This document shows positions 38,195 through 50,956 of a stretch of 64,000 bases of DNA, piece after piece. Source of the stretch: Chiloscyllium plagiosum (Eukaryota); NCBI RefSeq assembly GCF_004010195.1, contig NC_057720.1:35938571-36002570 (forward strand), given 5' to 3'. Every line of letters starts with the position of its first letter. Positions within the stretch are counted from its first letter, which is position 1. The notes under the pieces are model-generated. The model was not told the origin of the DNA. It ran no database searches and saw only the letters and a list, made by a program, of their open reading frames with translations. A program made the position numbers and the translations under genes.

Positions 38195-38378
38195 TTAAAA
38201 CAAAAACCTGCAGATGCTGAAGATCTGAAACAAAAACAGAAAATGCTGGAAAAACTCAGCATGTCTGGCAGCCTCTGTAAAGAGAAGAAACAGTTAACAT
38301 CTTGAGTCCAGTGACCCTTTGTCAGAATGTCAGTCTGACAAAGGGTTACCGGACTCAAATTGTTAACTATTTTTTCCT
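38195..38378. mobile_element. Fold-back PLE end (similar ones at about 39232-39500 and 49975-50140)
   Basis: agttaacatcttgagtccagtgaccctttgtcaga / tctgacaaagggttaccggactcaaattgttaact inverted arms carry decayed hammerhead cores. Confidence 0.7.
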
Positions 38379-38439
38379 GTGCATATGAGGTCAATATACC
38401 AATTTGTAAATGCTTTGAATATACCTCTGAAAAGCAGGA

Positions 38440-38649
38440 GAGTTCGCCAGGTCAGCCATGATTGATGTTGTTTGATGACACTCAAGCTATATCCTTTAAC
38501 AAAAGACTGGCAATCTGTTCCAGAGGTTAAAGAAAAGACACGAGCCATGGAATCCAACATAAGCATGTGCCTTATTTGCCTTTTTGTCATTAAAGACTTG
38601 AATGACTCCAAATCTAAGTCACAGCAAAGGAAAAGGGCAAAATATAAAT
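38440..38649 (+). repeat. Copy 2 of the L2-like RT fragment (copy 3 at about 39610-39792)
   Basis: gatgacactcaagctatat resembles DDTQLY and attaaagacttgaatgact resembles IKDWMT (L2 RT). Colinear with 39610-39792. Confidence 0.7.
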
Positions 38650-38936
38650 TAGCGAGCTTTGAGAAGATTTGTAGGTCAGGTTGAGGTTCTGGATGTAGGC
38701 TTGCTTGTTGAGCTGGAAGGTTCATTTTCAGATGTTTCGTCACCATACTAGATAACATTTTCAGTGAGCCTTTGGATAAAGCACTGATGGTATAGCCCAC
38801 TTTCTATTTATGTGTACGGGTTTCCTTGGGTTATACCATCAGTGCTTTATCCAGAGGCTCACTGAAGATGTTACCTATTATGGTGATAAAACATCTGAAA
38901 ACGAACCTTCCAACTCAGCGAGCAATCCGACATCCA
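38650..38936. mobile_element. Fold-back PLE family C element with 13-bp TSD
   Basis: About 110-bp inverted arms (38689-38799 / 38827-38937), each with a hammerhead remnant. TSD GCAAAATATAAAT (38637-38649 / 38937-38949). Confidence 0.85.
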
Positions 38937-39792
38937 GCAAAATATAAATGTCCAACTGAATCCTAAGAAAACTCAATGAGTGGGACTTATTTGATTTAAT
39001 ATAAGGTAAAATAATGGTAATGGAGAAAATTATAAGACTTGAGATTCAATTTCCAGGACTTGATGACTTACACCCTGCGATGTTAAAAGAAATAGATAAG
39101 GAAATTGCAAGTGTATCAATCAATTGTCGAAAGCTTTCCAGATTCTAAAATTGTGCTTTTGGTTTGAAACTTTGCTTCATTATTTAAGAACTAAGGGAGG
39201 TGTGAATGAGGAAAATATGCAACCTTCCAATTTAAAGCAAAATACTGATCTGAAATGAAAACAAAGTGCTCGAGAAACTCAGCTGGTCTGGCAACATCTT
39301 TGGAAAGAGAAACAGAGTTAATGTTTCAAGTCTCATGACCCTTGAGATTTTGGCAAGCACTTGATCAAACATTAGGACAGAAATGAAAAGGAATAAAGGT
39401 AAACATAATGAAGAGTCCCTGAACTCAGAATGGTAACTCTATTTCTCTCTCAGTAGATGCTGCCACACCGGAGTTTCTCCAAACTTTGTTGTTATTTAGG
39501 TATGTAATCTGATTAGTTCTGTATTACTGGAATTTATTATTATTAAAGATCGCCTGATCATAAATCCAGGCTGATGTTGTTTGACTTTCATGTGTGACTA
39601 ATCTAGTTCTCCAGGTCAGCTATGGTTGATATTGTTTGATGACATTCAAGCTATATCCTCTAACAAAAAACTGGCAGTCTGTTCCAGAGGTAGCCACGGA
39701 AACTGACATAAGCATGTTTACCCTATTTGTCATTAAAGACATGAATGACTCCAAATCGAAGTCACAGCAAAGGAAAAGGGCAAACTATAAAT

Positions 39793-39998
39793 TAGCAAGT
39801 TTTGAGAAGAATTGTAGCTCGGGTTGAGGTTCTGGATGTAGGTTTGCTCACTGAATTGGAAGTTTCATTTGCAGACGTTTTGTCACCATACTAGGTAACA
39901 TCTTAAGTGTGCCTCCGGATGAAGCACTGGTGGTAGAGCCCACTTTCTATTTATGTATTTGGGTCTCCTTGGGTATACCGCCGGTGCTTCATCCTGAG
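39793..39998. mobile_element. Second PLE family C fold-back copy with a truncated right arm
   Basis: Same left junction and same spacer as 38650-38936. Confidence 0.8.
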
Positions 39999-41545
39999 GA
40001 TGAGAAAATCATTTATATGTTGATATGGGAAATTCTATGAATGTTTTCCATATAGAAACATATGAGGTGGATAACAAGATGAAAGGGCAAGGAATTTGAG
40101 GTTACTGTGTGAGTGGTATTTAGTGTTCCTCAGGTTCCTTTTTATCTGGCCTCTGAAGTATGTTATTGTTGTAATTGCCTTAATAACCAATAATGTTTAA
40201 AAAAAAATTGAAGTTCCAATTAATAGCTGAAAATGGCAAGGAAAGACTTTGTGCTTTAAACCTTTTACTGTAACAAATGACGAAAAATCAGTTAACGAAA
40301 TACTTTTTTTATAGGCAACTTATATATTTAAATTGGAGAAAATGATGTTCCCTTTTAACCTTATTACTAATCACACTCTCCATGGAATCACAATGCTTTT
40401 TAGAATAGTTCACAGTTGCTACCAGTCACCAAAGGGTTCCCATATCCTTATTTCAATGGTGATACTTTTGAGTGATTTTCCCAGATACACTTCCCAGTTT
40501 TCAGAGGGTTCCTCAAATCATCCATCTACAACAAAAACTGAGGAACCTAATATGTCACCTTGAGACAATAGGAGAACAAAATCTTTATTGACTTGCTGTC
40601 TCCTCATTCTTAACCAGTTATCATTCTGTGTGATGTGGTTACTTAAAAATACTTTCATGCTAACTCATCTCTCCCCACCCTCCCATGTCCCTTGATAGCC
40701 TCCATGCCAATCCATACCCCACCTAACACCCCATGCTCTTTTATCCTCCATGACAGTTCACCTAGTGTTTACCATAAACAAACATCGTGGCCATCTTGAC
40801 ATAAATTAAAATAAGCTTCAAACATATGTTATTGTGGACAAAATAATAAAATTACCATTAATGAGAGCCTACGCAAAACATTAAAAACTCTTCAAATACT
40901 TAATCCCTTATTAAAACAAATATATATTATATACATAACCCCACATAAAAAACAACTAATCCTTTTTGAACTGTAAGTCAAACTGAACTTTTATCTGTAA
41001 CCAGGAGAAACTCAGCAAGACTGGCAGTGTCTATGGGGAGAGAAACAGAATTAATGTTTTGAGTTCAATTCTTTGAAACTGAAGGAAGTTGGAAAAGTGG
41101 CGAAAGGATTGGAAGGAGAATAAGGAGAACAGACAGGAAATATACCCCAGAGCAAAATGTAAAGCAACAGTAATTGGTAGTACAGAAGAAGTACAGATGA
41201 AGGGTTGGTGCTTATGGCAGTGATAAGGGCAAAAAATAGATTATCTTTGCTGAGAGCAAGCAAAACTATGGGAGTATCCCTTCCCTTGCTGGATTGGGAT
41301 AATTCTTGAAGTGGCAAGTGATATTGGAGGTGGTGAGTTGATATTTTTGTGGCTATTAATTGTCCACTTATTTGGCATTGCATATGGACATTCTCATCAA
41401 GAAATTCATTCGCGACCAGGCAGGAAATTTCTCTCCAATTTCAATTCCTTTCTGTTGTTTCCCTTGCTTGCTTACCTCTGTTGCCATCTTTGGGGGAGAT
41501 GGGGTGTAATTCACATCCATTATGGCAGTTGTGGAACTGAAACAT

Positions 41546-41632
41546 TTCATTTTATATATTTTATTTAACACCCAAAGCAGGAAAATTCATTTTATATATT
41601 TTATTTAACACCTCAAGCAGGAAAATTCATTT
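41546..41632. repeat. 40-bp tandem duplication
   Basis: ttcattttatatattttatttaacacc(ca/tc)aagcaggaaaa occurs twice. Confidence 0.9.
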
Positions 41633-42623
41633 CTAATGTTCAATTTCTGAATAGACAATGTTTCTGACATGAATGGTAAACAAGAGAATATATTCATTCC
41701 CTTGGCTTGGGTTATAGTGCATTAATAGTATTTCTTATTAGATAAACATATGATATACTGGTCTAAATATGAATATATATCTTTGAGAAAAGACCATTCT
41801 GTAATGCTATCTTAATGGTAAATAGTTTAATGTGTGGTATATGTCTGTTGAGCTTTTGTCACTCTAATATATTGCCACTTTAATGGTTTAATTTTGTTCA
41901 TCAAGATGATATCCACCAAAATAAATTTAAACTGACACCCTATTATATGGTTTATAGTCTGAGAGCAACTTGGAACAAAACAGAACAATTAATTTTCAAA
42001 AACAATCATTTTTAACTTTTTGATACTTGGGCTATAAAATATTCAACTTCATTTTCTCTCATTTAACTTATTATGAATTGCATTCACTCTCTTGCTCTTT
42101 CTTTAACTTCGTTTTCTCCTTTTGTCTCTTTTACCTATTTATCACTGTGTGAAGGTTGAAAGAGAGAATATTAATCTGTAAAAATGAAGGCTGGCTTAGT
42201 CATATGTATCCTATACTGAGAGCCTGTAATGATGGAAGGATTCGCTCCGTCAGCAAGGTTCGTGGGTTTGATAAATGTGTAGCATTCAGTACTGACTCTC
42301 ACATTCTCTTGAAAGCTGTGCTTTGACTGCTGGGGCATAGTGCTTTTAGATCTTACAGCAGACCAGCACCATTCTTCCTTGAGCAAGAGCAAAAGCCAAG
42401 GGTAAATAAGGGACAAATTCATTTAAAGCCAAAGTCTCTACAACTTTAGGAAAAAATATTTACTCAAGCTCTCTGTTTACATTTAGCATAAGTGAGCTTT
42501 TGTTACTTCACAAGTACATATACTAATCACAGATAAAACTGTGTGCATATATGTGTTTGTCAGCATGTGTTATTTAGTCTTTAAAAATCAATTAGAAAAT
42601 AACTCATTCTGTATATTCCATTC

Positions 42624-42798
42624 CAGATCAACCTCGATTATCCAAATGAGACGGGTGGGGAGTATTTTGCTTTGATATCTGATTATTCATGATAACTGAT
42701 CTGATCATAAACAAAGGAAGCCATACTGGGACCTTGAGATCTTGTTCAGATAATCCGAAATTTGGATAATTGATGTTCGGATAACCAAGGTTGTTCTC
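42624..42798. mobile_element. Tc1/mariner-pogo (Tigger-like) MITE
   Basis: TIRs cagatcaacctcgattatcc / ggataaccaaggttgttctc, with TA at the right end and internal GGATAA repeats. Confidence 0.7.
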
Positions 42799-44504
42799 TA
42801 GTTTGATTTGCTAAATATTAACGTAATATTACTCCTGACTGATTAGTCTGGTCAGTTTTTGACATTCATAGGTCTTTGGAAAGCTTCAGTGTTTAGATAA
42901 AGTTTATATTGCTTTAAACAATAATTGGACTACATTTGTAAAATAGTGCTTAACCTTCTCAGAATAAAACTCCCTGGTCTGGCTGCCATTTTCTATTGAC
43001 CTTGTAAGAAACTTTTTATTTTCTCACTTTAATGGAATATACAGTATAACATTTAATTATTTCAATAGATGTTAATGCAATGAGTTTTACTTGGGAAAGG
43101 TACAGAAGATACTGATCATGTTAAGGATTGCAATCTGTTGCCTTTAAAAGTAGGTTTTGTGTCTCTGGATATAACATCATAACCTCACAATGAATAACTG
43201 AATCTTTCAGTGCATTGACAACATAAGCCGTTCCATTTTAAATAGTAATCAAGTGGGACCCCAAAAATTATACTCTAAAATAATTATTTTAAAAATGCCA
43301 TTTACTAAGTTACGTTTTCAAGACTGTGATGGGTAATTGCCATTGTGTTTACCAAAGGCTAGAATTAGAAATTAGTTGGGTGGTGGGAGAAACAATAGCA
43401 GTAACATGTTTATAAAGCATTCTGAGTAGGTAAAGAGGGGTGAATTGGGTCCCCTCTTTTTAAACATGGTTGGCATAAAAAATGTTTTTAATTGCTTTTC
43501 ATCATGCAACCATATCACACTTCTAATAAAGTGCAATACTTGTCAAAATTAAGGAAGCATTTGCAGTTTTATTTGAGTAAAGGAAAGAGGAATGACATTA
43601 CTTACTAACCAGGAGAAAAATAATAAAACACAATGACAGATGCAAACACAGGTATAAAGTTTAAAGGGGAATGTGTCTTGTATAAAAAGGAAGCTCAAGA
43701 ATAGGCAGTGTATAAAGGCTTTGGAGTCCTTGAGAGGTAAGGTTTAACCTGAGATCATAGTTGTTAGTTGATGAGTTGAATTTGCAGTATAATGTTTTAT
43801 AGATCCTTAAGTTCCTGAAGTTTCTCCAATATACTTTATTATTGAACACTGTTTTTGAGTGAGAACAAAAGACAGTCTTCCAGTTTTGTTGTTATAAATC
43901 TTTTTTTTTACACATGGTGCTGCTCACCCAAGTCGTGACTAAGATATGTACGAGTCGTGAATTCTTGAGTACAGCTCTAAGGTCTCTCGAAACCGAATAC
44001 TAGTAGGTAACTTCACGTCCAATTTGTTAGACGATGCAAAATTCTTGACACCTGACTCAGTTGATTGCCTTTAATATATTTAAATAAAATGGTACTTTCA
44101 GTTCAGATGGTTTTGTTTACTCCACGTTAGTTTCTTGAACTTGGCTTATCTTGTGCTCATGTGATTGCTGTAGTCATTTTAGGTCTAAGTTTTGCTGAGG
44201 AAAAACAATTTTGGTCCACAACTGTCCTAAGTATTAAGATAAGTGATGGAAATTGAAGCTTTATAGCCCATTTTTACCACTGCTATTTCAACCAATGTCT
44301 TTAATATATTTAACTTTCTCAAGGCATTTCACGAATATTACAAGACAAATTGGACACTGAATCACTAAGTCACATCAGGTCAGATGTCTGAAAGCTTGGT
44401 CATGTAAGGAGTGTCTTAAAAGAGGAAAATAAGGTATACACATGGAGAGGTTTTTAGAGGAAAGCCAGAGCATCAGACCTATATAGCTGAACAAACAGAC
44501 ATGC

Positions 44505-47500
44505 AAATTAGATCATTCAGCTCTTCAAGTCTGCTGTCCTGTTCATTTAGATCATGGCTCATTTATAAATATGTTTTGAGTCCCTGTCTATTGCCTGCAA
44601 CCTCTGATTCTCTTGCCTAACAAGGATCCATCTATCTCCACCTTAAGTATTGAATGAATTCATCTCGAAGACTACTTCCACCTTCTTTGTCCTAAAAGAG
44701 TGATTCACTCATTTTAGACTCAATCTCAATAGTAAACATCTTTTCGATGTCCACCTTGGCAAGATCATTCCGGATCTCATAAACTTCAATCAAATCATCC
44801 CTTGCTGTTGTAAGCTCCAGTGAAAACAAGCACAACTGTACGACCTCATAAGATAATCTGCTCATCCTAGGTATCAATCTAGTAAACGTCTTCTGAACCA
44901 TCTCCAATTTATTAACATCCTACCTTAAATAAAGCGACCAAAAATGCACACAAAGTATCAAGATATGGTTTCATCAATGCCATTCATATCTGAGAGCACT
45001 TTCCTTATATTTATGATCAGTTACTCATAATACATTATAGCATTCGATTAACCTCCTTAATCATTTGCTCATGCACTACAATACCTAAATTCCTAGATTC
45101 TCCTGCACCTCAGAATTCTGCAGTTGTTCACCATTCAGATAGAACACTTCAGATATTTACACTTCCAGCCAAAATGAACAATACCCCATTTCCCACAGTA
45201 TGCTTCATGTACCAGATTTTACACACAAACCTATCCTATCTATATTGGTCTGCCTCCTTGTTATGTTATTATAACAAACTGTCCTGCCTATTGTTGTATC
45301 ATTTGTAAATGTAGCCACAGTGCCTTCAAATCCCTCATCTAAATCATTGTATAAATTGTAAAAAGTTGAGACTCAGCATAAATCCCATTCATAAGACCGT
45401 AAGACTTAGGAGCAGAAATTAGGCCATTCAGCCCACCAAGTGTGCTCCGCCATTCAATCATGGCTGATAAGTTTCTCAGCCCATTCTCCCGCTTTCTCCC
45501 CATGACCCTTGATCCACTTGATACTCAAGACCTATCCATCTCAGTTTTAAATATACTCAATGACCCGGCCTCCACAACCTTGTGTGGCAATAAGTTCCAT
45601 TGATTCACCACTCTCTGGCTGAAGAGGTTTCTCCTTATCTCAGTTCTAAAAGATCTTCTCTTTACTCCAAGGCTATGCCCTCGGATCCTAGTCTCTCCTC
45701 CCAAAGGAAACATCTTCCCAACATCAACTCTGTCCAGGCCATTCAGTACTCTGTATGTTAACTACATCCCCCCTTCATCCTTCTAAACTCCAATGAGTAT
45801 AAATCCAGAGTCCTCAAACGTTCCTCATCTGTTAAGCTTTTGAATCCTGGGACCATTCTCATGAACCTCTTCTGATCTCGCTCCAGTGCCAGTACATACT
45901 TTCTGAGATATGGGGCCCAAAACTGCACACAATAGTCCAAATGTCATCCTGCTAATCTGTAAAAGACCCATTTATGCATCTTGTCTGTTTTATCCAAGTT
46001 TGTTCATGCTAGTATGTTGCCCAATAAACTACGAGCTTTTATTTTTCATAAATCTTCTCCTGTAGTTTTTCTATAGAGTTCCCTTTATCCACAGTGCGTG
46101 TTACACGTTCAAAGGGTTCAAATAAATTAGCTAAACATAACTTCCCTTTCACAAACCAAATTGACTCATACAATTACCTTGTGTTTTTTTTTCCCATTCC
46201 CAGTTATACTTCTTTTCTTACATCTTCCCTGCGACTGATGTCCAGTTAACTGACTATGACTTCCTGTTTTCCATCTCCCTATCTTAGTAAAGGGTTATAG
46301 TTGCTACTTTTCAGTCAAATGGTACCTATCCAAATCCTAACAATTTTTGAAAATTAGTTTCAACATTAAATACCTCAGTAACTGTCTTTTCTCAGACTCT
46401 AAGTGGAAAGCCGTGAAGCCTCAGAAGCTAACCAACTCCATCTGTTTGTTTAGTGCCATTACCTTAGTGATTATGATTTACCAGGTTCCTCTCTTCCTAC
46501 TGTCATCTGTTTAACATGTATTATTGTCTTTTTTTTGTATACACTATTGCAAAGACAGAAAGAAAATCAATTTCTTTATTATCTGCTGCTAACTCCTCAT
46601 TCACATCCTCGAGATGATCAACAGTCACTCACTCCTTTTTAGGTACTTATAGAAATTTTTGCTATCTTTTTCACATTTTTAGTTAGCTTCCCCTTGAGCT
46701 CTAAATTATTTGTCCTGATTAACATTTTAGTTTTTCTTTGCATTCTCACCAGCAATCTGACCCGCCACACACACTTTCACATTTACATGCTTTTTTCCAT
46801 AAGTTTGATACTTTCCTTACCTTTAGTTAATTGGATAGTGGCTTCATCTTTTAGAATTTTTCTTTATAGTAGGAATATAACTATTCTAAGCATTCTAAAA
46901 TATCCCTTTAAATGTCTGCCACTGCACTGTCTACTTCCCTCGTCTTGTGGTTCATGAGACCCCAATAGCTGATGTATACCATCTAAGCAACACAGATTTC
47001 ACTTTCCTCAGTACAGGTGCCCACGCCATACAAACCAAAAACCACTTCTCCCTCACCAGTGTTTGAGCCACGCATTCATTTTTCTTATTTTATTCATCCT
47101 ACACCAATTTGCAAGTGTCTCACGAGTAATCCAAACATCATTTTTAGGGTTCTGTTTTTTAATTTCTCGTCTAACCCCTTTTCGTTCTTCTGCAGTCGGA
47201 CCTTTCATAGTTTTATCTATGTCATTGTTACCAATGTGGACCATGATCATTACATCTTCCCCTTTCAACTGCAAATTCTTCAGAACAAATATCCCAAATT
47301 CTGACTTCAAGCAAGGAACACAGTGATTTGAATTCACCCTCTTTGCTGCAGAGAACAGTGTCAATCCCCTCACTATTAATACTCCCTACCTCTTACTACC
47401 ACTACATTTCTTCTTACTCTCCTCTCTTGAATAGCTTCTCATATCATAGTGTCATGGGCAGTTAACATGTCAAGCCTGCAGCCCCTGTTTTCATCCAAAC

Positions 47501-47830
47501 AATTGGAAAAATCCTCAAACCTGATGGACTACGTCATATGCTAATGTGCCTGCGTTCTTGTCCTTTAGGTTCCCTTACCTCCCTTACCTGCCTTACCCTC
47601 CTGTCCCTGACCCAGTGAACAAGTCAGAAGACCCTATCCTAAAGAGAGTGACTGCTCCTGGATGACAGTATCTGGGTAACTTACCCTCTCCCTGATGAGG
47701 CGCAGTGTCTGTAGCTTGGCCTTCAAATTGATAATCCTGAGCCGAAGTTTCTGCAGCGCAAGTGCTTGATGTAAATGTGCTTTCATGCCATAAGTTCCCA
47801 CATTTTGCAGAACATCACCAGCTCTGCCAT
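44505..47830 (-). mobile_element. Old, internally deleted CR1 retaining ORF1 esterase and ORF2 remnants
   Basis: ORF1 SGNH-like EDVMIMVHIGNNDIDK...KMNAWLKHW (47053-47373), ORF2 LEMVQKTFTRLIPRM and a 3' UTR near 44510. Confidence 0.75.
45389..45945 (-). mobile_element. Younger CR1 3' fragment nested in the old CR1
   Basis: DYCVQFWAPYLRKYVLALERDQKRFMRMVPG; FPLGGETRIRGHSL; tail cataagaccgtaagac. Confidence 0.9.
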
Positions 47831-48339
47831 TTCTAAAATGTGTTGATTATTGAAAAAGTGTTAATTTATGTTTAATTATACAGTTAATTTTAAAACTAAT
47901 GTATTGCTTGATCAGGAGCAGTGCTAATCAGTCAACACAAAGTGGATAAGGAAACAGGATTTGCTGCAAGTTAGGACATAGGCAGCAGAGTTTGGGTGAC
48001 CTGAAGTTAGTGGAGAGTAGAATATAGGAGAGCAGCTGGCTTTCATTTAAATAGTTGAGTCTTGAGGTAATAAAGGTAATGAGGGTTTCAGGTAAACTGA
48101 GGAGGGCAAAGTCAGCTGGTCTTATGGAGGTGGAAATAGGTGGGCTTATTGATGTCATGAAGGTGAAACTGAGTAGGGATGAAGAGAATATTAATCAAAT
48201 AAAAATGGAAAATACTGGAAATGTTCAACAGTTCAGGCAGCATATGTGGCAAGAGGAACAAAAGTTAAGAGATATATTGCCAAGTCATTGACCTGAAGTT
48301 GAACTATGTTCCTCCCTTCGTAGATATTGCCTGACGCTC

Positions 48340-48928
48340 TGTGTACGTCCTGATGTACTGCATCTCTTGCTTCCGATGTCGTCTCCTCTACATCGGAGAG
48401 ATGGAGCATATGGGGAGCGTCTATGGTCTGCATGCTCCAATCAGCCCCACCTCCTGGTTGCCAGCCATTTCAACTCCCCCTCCCACTTGCCCAACGTCAT
48501 GTCCATTGTGGACCTCCTCCACTGTCAAAATAAGACCACTAACTTAAGGAAGAACACCTCATCTTCCGCCTTGGGAGTTTACAACCTTATGGCCTCAACA
48601 TAGAATTCGCCAGTTTTCAAATCTCCCCACCCACACCTTATCCCAGGTTCAGCCCTCTCTTTTTGCCCGGCCCCCTTGACCTGACATAACCTGTCTATCT
48701 TCTTTCGCACCTATCCGCTCCACCCTTCCCAACCTCAATCACCTCCTATCTGCATCCATCTATTGCCACCCCACCTACCAGTCCCCCAGCTCCTCTCTAT
48801 ATTTTTTCTCAGCCCCTTTTCCCCCTCCTCATGCCTGACGAAGGCTCCTGCCTGAAACTTCGACTCTCCTACTCCTCTGATGCTGCTTGACCTGCTGTGC
48901 TTTTTCCAGCTTCATATTTTATCGACTC
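48340..48928 (+). mobile_element. PLE GIY-YIG fragment with hammerhead-bearing end (related to 1-767)
   Basis: YVLMYCISCFRCRLLYIGE, VASHFNSPSH, HLIFRLGSLQPYGLNIEF; CTGACGA-AGGC/tcct/GCCT-GAAAC at 48835-48858. Confidence 0.85.
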
Positions 48929-49795
48929 CTGAGTATGTCCAATATTGCCTGCTTTAGATAAAAGATGTGTTTTCCAGAAATCTGTACTGAAGGCTCAGTG
49001 TTTCTCTGTCAGTCATGTTGACCACTGCCCAGTTATTGAAATGTGAGTATCATCCAAATTCCCTTCTTTGGCAAATCTCTCAATGGTGCTTTCAGTTTTT
49101 CAGGTTCAACAAGAAACAAATTCATTTTCTTTGTGTTTTAATTTTAATTGGAATTGTTTAAGTGTTTTAAAATAAATTATCCCATCTGAGGCTTATTATG
49201 TTTCTTTCTTTACATTTGAATGAATTTTGTAAAAGTTCAAAATTGAGAATCTTCCCTCACCACAGGTTCTTAAACATTTTTCATCTGATGTGCATGAATC
49301 GTGGTTAAATGAATTGAAAATTATTTTTTTATGAATCTGAAAATTTTTATCCACTTGGCCCACTACTTACATTTATCTATTTCCATTTACATCCATTTTA
49401 AATTTGGGCATTTTCTCATAAGATTAAAACAGATATTTCAACAGAACTTGGGCACAATGTTGGTCAAATTATCAAGTGTAACTTGTGGATTACAGCCAAG
49501 GAGCAAATCCCAAATGAATTTATTTGAACATATTCTAATAATTCCTATAGTGCTTGAAATCCAGTATCCATTACACAGCAGGGATATTGAATATCTTCCT
49601 TTAACATTCAGCAATTCCTATGGCATACTCTGTCGGGATATGATCAGCAGCAGGTGATGTATAACTAGAGGGTGAGGATTTTTTTTTGGTTCAAAAATAT
49701 GGTGGTGCTCTTCCTTCTTAAACTGAGATCACAAGAAAAGCATTCAGTTCCCTTTAAAGTCCTAACATGTTTCAAATGAGCTATGATACAGAGTG

Positions 49796-49924
49796 GTTCC
49801 TGAAGAAGGGCTCATTCCCGAAACGTCGATTCTCCTGCTCCTTGGATGCTGCCTGACCTGCTGTGCTTTTCCAGCAACACATTTTCAGCTCTGATCTCCA
49901 GCATCTGCAGTCCTCACTTTCTCC
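49796..49924 (+). mobile_element. PLE family A mini-insertion starting at the hammerhead, with 14-15 bp TSD
   Basis: cCTGAAGAagggctcattcccGAAACGTC plus tail. TSD (C)TATGATACAGAGTG (49781-95 / 49924-38). Confidence 0.9.
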
Positions 49925-50581
49925 TATGATACAGAGTGATCAAAATATTTCACAAGTATAAAGGCTATAACAGTTCAAAAAAACCAAAGAACTGTGGATG
50001 TGGAAATCAGAAAAACTGAACTTGCTGGAAAAAACACAGCAGGTCTGGTAGTATCTGTGGAGAGAAAGCAGAGTTAACATTTTGCGCCTACTGGATCCTG
50101 CCAGACCTCCTGTGCTTTTCCAGCAATTTCTGTTTTTGTAACAGGTCAATTTGTTTATGAAGATTCTGGTTTAGAGTTGTTCCGTTTGCATTTGTGTAAT
50201 ATGAAGACAATTTGTTTTAAATGTATAAATCCAAAATATCTGATCAGATTATTGGATTTTCACACATCATTTAGATTAAATTCCAAGGTTGCCTTTCAAA
50301 TAATTATAAAGCAGAAGCTAAAAAACGTTCTTCCGAAGTTTATTTGGAACTGTGCAGTAATCCATTAAATTCAATCCATAATCAAAAGTATGTCACAAAG
50401 ACATTTTGAAATTAGACAATTATAACTTGGGTGCATTTCAAAAGTATATAGCAATTTGTTGCTTTAGTTCATGTGATCTGTGCATATCAATTAATCAATA
50501 CAATTTTTTTTAAGCTTTGAATATTTTGAAATTCAAATAAAGTTCATATCATTTATTTATAATTCCATTACTGTTATCCAA

Positions 50582-50956
50582 TTGGGCTGTCTGCCACCTC
50601 AGACGTATCACTTTGCGATCATAAAGACCTGATGGAGTTTTGAATGAATAATAGTATTGTACTTCCTTGTACATATTGACAAAGAAATTGGTCTTATCCA
50701 TATATTTCTATCAATTCAAAGTACTTGTCATTCAGCAATCCTGCCATGATTGTTTAATGTACAAAAGTCAAAGTATAATAACTTTATTGGAGAAAAATAA
50801 TTTCAGACAGCAACATTGTAAAACCTTTCCCCATGTTTATCTATTATGATAATGTTATTCTATGATTACCATGATATGGAAAAAATGAGTGATATGATTA
50901 TCATAGGCTTAATATCACATGATATATCATCATATCATTATATTGTGACAGCCCTA
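50582..50956. mobile_element. Possible ancient hAT-type MITE
   Basis: Ends ttgggctgtc / gacagcccta with subterminal GATAT/ATCAT repeats. No clear 8-bp TSD. Confidence 0.4.

Noticed and set aside
38472..39827. Duplicated small ORFs (MMTLKLYPLTKDWQ / MMTFKLYPLTKNWQ) as a peptide gene family
   Set aside because: They are shifted frames of a decayed L2-like RT that run into a PLE insertion, with no splice or promoter support.
43915..43980. CpG-containing imperfect palindrome
   Set aside because: The arms are too degenerate to assign. It is possibly an ancient MITE, but I cannot support that.
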